The notes under the pieces: generated by a model
What the model saw: the letters and a program-made list of their open reading frames with translations, nothing else
Told to the model about the DNA's origin: nothing
The model's database searches: none
Translations under genes and position numbers: made by a program
Part shown: positions 7,810 to 14,805 of the stretch, piece after piece
How the letters are laid out: the number at the start of each line of letters is the position of its first letter
Position numbering within the stretch: the stretch's first letter is position 1
DNA from: Acidobacteriota bacterium
GTDB taxonomy: Bacteria > Acidobacteriota > Aminicenantia > Aminicenantales > Aminicenantaceae
DNA length: 41,647 nt
NCBI GenBank assembly: GCA_030609975.1
Contig: JAUWSR010000001.1
Coordinates: 1-41,647, forward strand
Reading direction: 5' to 3'

Positions 7810-8658
7810 CTATTTTATCCAAATTTTTATGGTGACGCCTTCATCAGCGTCATATATCTCCAACACCTCACCGCGCATCTCTAAAAGTTGGTTGACGATG
7901 CGGTCCAAATCGTAGCCTTCTTTCCGGATCCGTGTTTTATCCTCCTCTGAAATGGCGCTGAAGGCCAGGTCCGCAAGGGCCCAGGGAATGTTCAGCTTGA
8001 AAGTGGGCCTGTCCAAGCCTTCCTTGTTAACCCGGATGTACATCATCCGGGGCCGAGAATCCTCCCGGCGGCTCTGGTAATCGTCTAAGATCTCGGGATC
8101 GATACGGAGGAGAGCAAGCTTGGCATAGTCGCGCAGATCATCATCCTGCACATCCTCTAAGATGTCCTTCAGTACCGGTATAGCTTTTTCCGCCTCTTCC
8201 ATATCATCCACTTTGCTCATCTGGATGGCTGCGTAGTAGCGCACCACGGTATTAGAGCTTCTCAGTCTTTTCTCGATCTCCCTGAGATAATCACCGTTAC
8301 CCCGGTTGTAGAGACTCAAAGCCAGATCGATGATGGAATTCTCAGCCATTTCCTTCAGGTTTTTGTCAGCCCTGCGGTGCTGGAGAAAGTCCTGATAGGC
8401 CTCAATGGCTCGGACCTCTTTACCCCGCTGCTCCCTGAGACAGCGCGCCTGGTAGAATAGCGCCTGGGCATAATAGGAGCTTTTGGGATGCTCCTCCAGA
8501 AGCTCCTCCAGGATCTCCTGGGCCTGCTTCCATTTTTTGTCGAACAGCAGGATCTTAGCCTCCTGGAACATCTCTTTATCCGATTGAGCCAGGCCGAAGC
8601 CGGGGAACAAAACGACGCACAAGAGGATCAATAGAATACCATAGGTTAATTTTCTCAC
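7810..8658 (-). CDS. Secreted helical-repeat (TPR/HEAT-like) protein, third gene of the ECF operon
   Basis: 282 aa. Signal peptide MRKLTYGILLILLCVVLFPGFGLAQS. Helical repeats (AQALFYQARCL, AIEAYQDFL, VRYYAAIQM). The start lies 1 nt after the anti-sigma stop. Confidence 0.55.
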   Translation of the reverse strand: MRKLTYGILLILLCVVLFPGFGLAQSDKEMFQEAKILLFDKKWKQAQEILEELLEEHPKSSYYAQALFYQARCLREQRGKEVRAIEAYQDFLQHRRADKNLKEMAENSIIDLALSLYNRGNGDYLREIEKRLRSSNTVVRYYAAIQMSKVDDMEEAEKAIPVLKDILEDVQDDDLRDYAKLALLRIDPEILDDYQSRREDSRPRMMYIRVNKEGLDRPTFKLNIPWALADLAFSAISEEDKTRIRKEGYDLDRIVNQLLEMRGEVLEIYDADEGVTIKIWIK

Positions 8659-8659
8659 T

Positions 8660-9463
8660 TTAGACCTCGCTTCTCTCTAGTTCTTGTCTTATGATATTAA
8701 TTTTGAGAAAGAGCTGTCTCTCCTGGATCAAATTGCGGACTCTTTCCAGTTCCGCCTCTGATATCTCCTGGCTGAGCTGGGTCAATTCCAAGAAGAGAAA
8801 CTCGATCTGATCGCAGATAGCCTTGGCCTTAGCCATCTGATATTTATTCAGCTGTGAATCGATGTATCTTTTTTGCGAGAGCAAGCCGCGGGTTTCCTGC
8901 GCGGCAAAGTCGCTCCGCCAGAAATCAGCCGCTCTATCCGGCTCCGCCTGGAGAAACTCCAGGAGCAGATATTGACTTTTCTCAAGATAATCCAAAGTTT
9001 TTCGTCGGGCTACTTCCACATCCATGCTCTCCATCACTCCCGCAGGCACAAAGATTCCATCGGCAGCCAGCTGTATCTCTTGGGGTGAACGCAGGACAAA
9101 AAACGTCAAAACTGCGCCCATGGCGATACCGAGCAAAAGCGCAGCGTAGACCGGTCGGAACTGAGGGCGAAAAAGAGAGGACCAAAAACGAGACCACGAT
9201 CGCGGGACATTCTCCTCATTATGGATCAAAACCCGGTCCGCGATCTTGTCGGGGAGAGTATCCCAGTCCACTGATGCCAAGGCAGCCGCGATCTCCGGAT
9301 TGAAAGCATCTGCCCCATTCAAGGTCTTCTTTATGAGGTTCAGTTCCTGCCAGCAGTCCTTGCAGGTTTCCAGATGAGCTTCGACGCGAGCGGATTCCGT
9401 CCCCGAAAGTTCACGATAATAATACGCTGCCAATTCCTGTAAGATTTCCTTGCATTCGTTCAT
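8660..9463 (-). CDS. Anti-sigma factor, zf-HC2 type, single-pass membrane protein
   Basis: 267 aa. N-terminal HLETCKDCWQEL (H-x3-C-x2-C), a central TM helix VYAALLLGIAMGAVLTFFVL, and an extracytoplasmic C-terminal domain. Overlaps the sigma gene by 4 nt. Confidence 0.7.
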   Translation of the reverse strand: MNECKEILQELAAYYYRELSGTESARVEAHLETCKDCWQELNLIKKTLNGADAFNPEIAAALASVDWDTLPDKIADRVLIHNEENVPRSWSRFWSSLFRPQFRPVYAALLLGIAMGAVLTFFVLRSPQEIQLAADGIFVPAGVMESMDVEVARRKTLDYLEKSQYLLLEFLQAEPDRAADFWRSDFAAQETRGLLSQKRYIDSQLNKYQMAKAKAICDQIEFLFLELTQLSQEISEAELERVRNLIQERQLFLKINIIRQELERSEV

Positions 9464-10119
9464 GGTCGCTCTCCTACATAGGGACCCATCAATATCTTAA
9501 GATTCTGGGTAGCTTTAAAATTAAGGGATTTAACCGTCCCCACCGCAATATCCAGGATCTGGGCTATTTCCTTATACTTAAGTTGATTGTAATGTTTCAT
9601 CACAAAGATCATGCGCTGTCTCTCCGTCAGTTTCTCCAAACACTCGGCAAACGCATCGTTCAAGCCCAAGGAATCGGGCCTGAGAGAGGGATCGTCAGAA
9701 GTGAGATTCAACTCCTCCACCGGTTTATCACGGTTGGTCTCTCCCTCATGCCTATAGTGCTTGCGATAGTAATCGATACAGAGATTTTTTGCGATCTGCA
9801 GAAGCCAGTTTTGGAAACTGTGGCCTTCCTTGTACATGTCTGCTTTTTGGTAAAGCCGAAGGAATGTCTCTTGGACGATGTCCAAAGCATCGTCCCTATT
9901 TCTAAAAAAAGAATAGGCCAAGAGGTAGATTTTTCTCTGGTAGAGACTGGTCAGGGTTTTGAAGGCCTCGCGGTCCCCGGTCCCAACCTTTTGCACAAGA
10001 GGATAGACATCGGCATGCTCTGTGACTTTCTGGATCACTTGGCTCGTATTCACATGACTGCCGTGGGCAGCCTCTTCGACAGGCTTATCAAATCCAGCTG
10101 TGTATTTGGTTTTCATCAT
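9460..10119 (-). CDS. ECF-type RNA polymerase sigma factor
   Basis: 219 aa. Region 2 is DALDIVQETFLRLYQK...FQNWLLQIAKNLCIDYYRK. Region 4 HTH is LKYKEIAQILDIAVGTVKSLNFKATQNL. Has an N-terminal extension of about 45 aa. Confidence 0.85.
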   Translation of the reverse strand: MMKTKYTAGFDKPVEEAAHGSHVNTSQVIQKVTEHADVYPLVQKVGTGDREAFKTLTSLYQRKIYLLAYSFFRNRDDALDIVQETFLRLYQKADMYKEGHSFQNWLLQIAKNLCIDYYRKHYRHEGETNRDKPVEELNLTSDDPSLRPDSLGLNDAFAECLEKLTERQRMIFVMKHYNQLKYKEIAQILDIAVGTVKSLNFKATQNLKILMGPYVGERP

Positions 10120-10342
10120 CGAGCGCGGTTTTTCCTATCTATTCTCATTATACATATACCAATGAGTTCTACGGAATTAATTTTCAAAAGGTTCATTGTA
10201 GCCTCTAGAAAACATCCCCTTTAGATAAGATTCCGGAAGCACAATGGCCTTCGAAGTTCCGATCAGAAAATAGCTATCTCCCTCCTTACTCAAGAGAATA
10301 GACGTAAAGGTAAACCCATGCATCAAGGTTTTTTTTGTAAGA

Positions 10343-10380
10343 TGGACATATGTGTTCTCGGCAGAGAATATATATGTCCA
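10343..10380. repeat. 38-nt near-perfect palindrome / hairpin in the ABC-to-ECF intergenic region
   Basis: TGGACATATGTGTTCTC GGCA GAGAATATATATGTCCA. The stem is 17 bp (15 Watson-Crick plus 2 G-T positions) with a 4-nt loop, and a T8 run lies upstream on the plus strand. Confidence 0.6.
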
Positions 10381-10443
10381 CCCAAATTCTCAGCCAGGGA
10401 CAGGTTGAGAGGGAAGGGATGTACTCTAGAGAAAGGAGAAATC

Positions 10444-11733
10444 TTATCTATAGCGAATCCACTTGAATATTTCGGGCAGCGAGGGCGGCTTCCCATACAT
10501 GAGGATCCCGATCCGGTAGATCTTGGCTGAAAACCAGATCATGAACAGCGTGGTCAAGATCAGAATAACCAGAGAGAGCAGGATCTGTGTAAAGGGAGGG
10601 AGAAGGATACAGATCCTCAGGAGCATGAGCATAGGAGTGAAGAAGGGAAACAAAGAAAGGCTCACAGAAAGGGTGCTGTCTGGGCTGCGTATGATGAACA
10701 TGATCAAGAGCAAAGGGATGATCAGCAGCATCATCACCGGCATCATCAACTGCTGTGCCTCTTTTTCAGAATTGACCATGGATCCGATGGCGGCAAACAA
10801 GGTGGAGAATAAAAAATAGCCCAGAATAAAATAGAGGACAAAATAGACAAAGATATAGAGAGGGATAGAAGGAATGGCAAAGCCCTGAGCTTGAGGAAAG
10901 AAGCCGGTAGCCAGGGCTCCTCCCTGCGTGGCTAAGAGTACCCCAAAAACGGTCCAGATCGCATACTGAGTTAAACCCACAGCGCCAATCCCTACGATCT
11001 TCCCGGCCATCAACTGGAAGGGCCTCAACGAGGAGAGCACAACCTCTACAACTCTAGAATTTTTTTCCTCGATCACACCTCTTAAAATCGCCTGACCGTA
11101 GAAAATAAGTGTCATATAAAGGATGAGGACCAGAAAATAGGCAATGATAAAAGTGCCGCCTGTATCCTCTTCCACGCCTCGAACCGTGACCTTCTTAGTG
11201 TTTAACCTGACCGGCATCATCAATTTGCCGATAAGTTGGGGATCGATCTTCTCGCCTTTGAGCCGCTTTTCAATGATAACACTGTTGAGAGCACTGTTCA
11301 GAGACCGGTTTTTTTCGAAGTCAGAAACATGCTCTGAGATATACTCCGCTTCGCCACCTTCGATGATATCCCGGGGAATGAAGACATAAGCATTGAGTTC
11401 CTTTTCGAGAACTTTTTGGTTCAAACTTTCACGCAAGGAATCGACATCGGCAGTCATTCTATATTCTTCAAGCAGATAACGGAGCGAGCCGTCTTTTAAA
11501 GTATGGGTATTCAGTTTTTTCTCCAGATCTGCATAGATCTGCCCACTGCTATCGACGATCCCCAGTTTTTCCTGTTGATCCACCGCAACAATGCTCATAA
11601 GAACCGGAACAACGATAAAAAGCGACATTAAAACCGGGCCTAAAATAGTCCCGATGACAAAGCCCTTGGTCCGGACGATCTGCAGGTATTCCCGCTTAAC
11701 GACCGCTAATATCTTCCGCATGGTTAGCTCCAA
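10444..11733 (-). CDS. ABC-2 family transporter permease (NatB-like)
   Basis: 429 aa. One N-terminal TM helix, a large extracytoplasmic loop, then about five C-terminal TM helices. Overlaps the upstream ATPase gene (an alternative ATG is at 11721). Confidence 0.8.
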   Translation of the reverse strand: MELTMRKILAVVKREYLQIVRTKGFVIGTILGPVLMSLFIVVPVLMSIVAVDQQEKLGIVDSSGQIYADLEKKLNTHTLKDGSLRYLLEEYRMTADVDSLRESLNQKVLEKELNAYVFIPRDIIEGGEAEYISEHVSDFEKNRSLNSALNSVIIEKRLKGEKIDPQLIGKLMMPVRLNTKKVTVRGVEEDTGGTFIIAYFLVLILYMTLIFYGQAILRGVIEEKNSRVVEVVLSSLRPFQLMAGKIVGIGAVGLTQYAIWTVFGVLLATQGGALATGFFPQAQGFAIPSIPLYIFVYFVLYFILGYFLFSTLFAAIGSMVNSEKEAQQLMMPVMMLLIIPLLLIMFIIRSPDSTLSVSLSLFPFFTPMLMLLRICILLPPFTQILLSLVILILTTLFMIWFSAKIYRIGILMYGKPPSLPEIFKWIRYR

Positions 11734-12619
11734 CCGAGTCTATAAAGATGGCATTCAAGGTCGGTTCTTTTACCTCGAATTTATTGATGCGCAGCCTGCC
11801 GGCTGCCAACTGCAGCAATTCCTGGGGATCGGTCTGCTCCCGGAGCTTGATCTCCATGTACTTGCCATAGTCATCGATTTTTTCCATGCCGGCAAAATCC
11901 TGGATAAAACCGGCATCACCTTCATAATCCAGCACAACCGTATTTTTGCCATAGTCCCTTTTGATCTGTCCTAAATTTCCCTCGAGCACTTTCTCAGCCT
12001 TGTTGATCAGACAGATGTGATCACAGATCATCTCCACCTGTTCCATCCGATGGGTGGAAAATATAATGGTGGCACCTTTATCCCGCATCTCCAGCATAAT
12101 GTCCTTAAGCAGCTTAGTATTAACGGGATCGAGACCAGCGAAGGGCTCATCCAGGATGATCAATTCCGGACTGTGGATGATGGTAGCGATAAATTGCATT
12201 TTTTGCTGCATGCCTTTAGAGAGTTCTTCTGTTTTCTTCAGTTTCCATTCCACAAGGTCAAATCGCTTCAACCATTCATCGATGATATGGCGGGCCTTGG
12301 TCTTGGAAATGCCTTTCAAAGCAGCTAAAAACTGAAGCTGCTCGCCCACCTTCATTTTGGGATAAAGGCCCCGGTCTTCGGGAAGGTATCCTATCCTGGT
12401 TTTCATTTTCTCGTCCATTTTCTGCCCAAAAATCTCAATTCTGCCCTCATCCGGAATAATAATATTCATGACCATACGAATGGTGGTGGTTTTACCGGCC
12501 CCGTTGGGACCCAATAGACCATATATCGTCCCTGGGGAGATCTGAAAAGACAGGTTTTTTACCGCATAAAAATGGCCGTATTTTTTTGAGATATTCTCGA
12601 TGGCTAATGCACTATCCAT
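11696..12619 (-). CDS. ABC transporter ATP-binding protein (NatA-like)
   Basis: 307 aa. Walker A GPNGAGKTT, signature LSKGMQQK, Walker B LIILDEPFAGLD. Confidence 0.9.
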   Translation of the reverse strand: MDSALAIENISKKYGHFYAVKNLSFQISPGTIYGLLGPNGAGKTTTIRMVMNIIIPDEGRIEIFGQKMDEKMKTRIGYLPEDRGLYPKMKVGEQLQFLAALKGISKTKARHIIDEWLKRFDLVEWKLKKTEELSKGMQQKMQFIATIIHSPELIILDEPFAGLDPVNTKLLKDIMLEMRDKGATIIFSTHRMEQVEMICDHICLINKAEKVLEGNLGQIKRDYGKNTVVLDYEGDAGFIQDFAGMEKIDDYGKYMEIKLREQTDPQELLQLAAGRLRINKFEVKEPTLNAIFIDSVGANHAEDISGR

Positions 12620-12836
12620 GTTCCTGCTCCCTCCACATCTTATACAGTATTCTTAGCTGCTTGAAAACAATTTTAATGAACATGTACAGATAAAAGCAAA
12701 CCTTAACAAAGACGGATCCGTTCTTGTCAAATAATCCCCTTGGTTTACTTACCTGGATTATTCACGAGTTGAGATTGCCGTAGATGCGAGGCGACCTCCC
12801 ACCCCCCCGGGTATTATGGAAAGCTCGCCCCAAGGG

Positions 12837-12956
12837 TAAAAAATGTCGATTATAAATAGAAATGACATTGTAACCGAGGTGGTCAGAATACCAGCTCTTC
12901 AAGTTAGCGCTAAATTCTGATATTATTTAGGTTATTGTAAATATCGACATTTTTTA
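12837..12956. repeat. 14-nt inverted repeat pair flanking 92 nt in the divergent ABC/sppA intergenic region
   Basis: TAAAAAATGTCGAT at 12837-12850 and its exact reverse complement ATCGACATTTTTTA at 12943-12956. Confidence 0.5.
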
Positions 12957-13028
12957 TGAATAAATCAGGCAAAAGGCAGGAACTTATATAGAGTAGAAAA
13001 AAATGCCTTGTGCTACGGAGGATGATGC

Positions 13029-14741
13029 ATGAGAAAAGGCAGTTACCTGCTTATCATATTTTTTATTTTCTTGATCTTATTTATCGTGACTGCGGCCTCC
13101 TTTGTCTACATCGGTTTAGGCAAAGCACCCAGTGTCAAAGCCAATTCCTACCTCGAGATCAACCTTTCGGGAGAATTGGTGGAAAAATCCAGCCCGGACA
13201 TCCTTTCGTCCTTCTATTTAAAGCCCACCGCTCTCTCCATGTACGACATATGGACAAATTTTCAAAAGGCAAAAAAGGACGTGCGCATCAAGGGCGTTGT
13301 GCTGCGCCTGGGCTACCTCGCGTGCGATTGGGCCAAAGTGAATGAGATCCGAGAATTGGTGTCGGATTTCAGGCAGTCCGGCAAAAAGGTCTACGCCTAT
13401 GTCAGTGAAAGTGTGGAATTCGACAAGGAATACTACCTGGCCACGGCTTGTGACAAGATCGTCCTCCACCCCCAAGGGATGCTGGTCATCAATGGGATCG
13501 GCGGCTATGTTCCCTTCGTAAAACAAACGCTGGATAAACTCGGTATCGAGGCCGAAGTCGAACATGTGGAAGAATACAAAACCGCCTATCACATGTTTAC
13601 TAAGGAAGGCCTTACCCCTGCTCACAGGGAGATGCTGGATGCTATTTATGGGAGCATCTTTTCCCATTATGTAAATAGCATTGCTGATGCCCGCGGCAAA
13701 ACCTCGGATGAAATCAGAGAGCTTTTGGATCACGGCTTTTTCCAAGGCAAACAGGCCAAAGAGGCGGGATTGGTGGACGAGCTTCTCTACGAAGACCAGT
13801 TCCAGGATCTCCTTTTAGACAATCAAAAGAGGATCCACACGATCAGCCACCGCCAGTATCTAAAAACCAAGCTCGCTGCATACGGCTTCGACAAAGGCAA
13901 AAAAATCGCCTTGATCTACGGAACAGGGACGATCATCTCGGGAGAGGGAATGTACTCTATGATGGGAAGCGCGACGATCTCCCGGCAGATCCGCAGGGCC
14001 CGCAAAGACAAATCCATCGCCGCTATCGTGTTCCGTGTAGACAGCCCGGGAGGCTCAGCCGTTGCCTCCGATACCATCTGGAGGGAAGTCACCCTCGCCA
14101 AGATCGAAAAGCCCTTTATCGTCTCCATGTCCGACCTTGCCGGCTCGGGAGGCTACCAGGTCGCCATGGCCGCGCACAAGATCGTCGCCCATCCCCAGAC
14201 GCTCACAGGTTCTATCGGTGTGATCTTCACAAAGCTCAACCTCACAAATCTCTATGAAAAGTTGGGGATCACCGCGGAAAAGATCCAATATGGGAAACGG
14301 GCGGACATGTTTACCACCTTCCGCAAAGCCACCCCAGATGAACGGGCACTTTTACGTCAGGAGATCCTGCGCATGTATGATCATTTCATCACCAAGGCGG
14401 CTGAGGGACGCAGCCTTGCCAAAGAAGACATCCACAAGGTAGCAAAAGGGCGTGTCTGGACCGGAAGTCAGGCTTTAGATCTCGGACTGGTGGATGAGTT
14501 GGGGGGATTATCCCTTGCCATCGCCCTGGCCAAAGAATTGGCGGGAATTCCCGAGAAGGATCCCGTGCGTTTGCAGGTATGGCCCAAGAAGGTTTCTCTC
14601 TTTGATGTGATGTTGGGCAGGAGGACCGCAAAGTTCAATCTGGGATTAGAGCCCCGGATGGAGAAGGTTCTTTTTACCTTCCAGCTCTTGAGAAATGAAG
14701 CCCCCTGGGCACTTATGCCGTTTTGGCTGCCCCGCGATTGA
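13029..14741 (+). CDS. sppA: Signal peptide peptidase SppA, 67K type (two S49 domains)
   Basis: 570 aa. GGAGGA SD. N-terminal TM anchor, tandem ClpP/crotonase-like S49 domains, and the serine motif SMSDLAGSGGYQVAMAA. Confidence 0.9.
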   Translation: MRKGSYLLIIFFIFLILFIVTAASFVYIGLGKAPSVKANSYLEINLSGELVEKSSPDILSSFYLKPTALSMYDIWTNFQKAKKDVRIKGVVLRLGYLACDWAKVNEIRELVSDFRQSGKKVYAYVSESVEFDKEYYLATACDKIVLHPQGMLVINGIGGYVPFVKQTLDKLGIEAEVEHVEEYKTAYHMFTKEGLTPAHREMLDAIYGSIFSHYVNSIADARGKTSDEIRELLDHGFFQGKQAKEAGLVDELLYEDQFQDLLLDNQKRIHTISHRQYLKTKLAAYGFDKGKKIALIYGTGTIISGEGMYSMMGSATISRQIRRARKDKSIAAIVFRVDSPGGSAVASDTIWREVTLAKIEKPFIVSMSDLAGSGGYQVAMAAHKIVAHPQTLTGSIGVIFTKLNLTNLYEKLGITAEKIQYGKRADMFTTFRKATPDERALLRQEILRMYDHFITKAAEGRSLAKEDIHKVAKGRVWTGSQALDLGLVDELGGLSLAIALAKELAGIPEKDPVRLQVWPKKVSLFDVMLGRRTAKFNLGLEPRMEKVLFTFQLLRNEAPWALMPFWLPRD

Positions 14742-14805
14742 GTTCACTTCAGCAGCTCTACAAAAAAGTGCTCCCCCATACGTCTTTTTTTTAGCACCAA
14801 ATCCA

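Noticed and set aside
7551-7835. 94-aa plus-strand ORF between the ccsA promoter and the ECF operon.
   Set aside because: It is Ser-rich and low-complexity with no SD. The opposite strand carries the homology-supported small ORF at 7568-7796.
10254-10260. GGAACTT (minus strand), resembling an ECF -35 element, about 135 nt upstream of the ECF sigma gene. A second GGAACTT lies at 12979-12985 (plus strand) upstream of sppA.
   Set aside because: No convincing -10 partner (such as CGTC or TCAAA) lies at 16-17 nt in either case. A 7-mer is expected about five times by chance on both strands of 41.6 kb. This is not enough to call an autoregulated ECF promoter or a regulon member.
10318-10530. 70-aa plus-strand ORF spanning the palindrome and the 3' end of the ABC permease gene.
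   Set aside because: It has no SD, a Cys/Arg-rich composition with no evident domain, and it overlaps the permease stop. The palindrome is reported separately as a DNA/RNA element.
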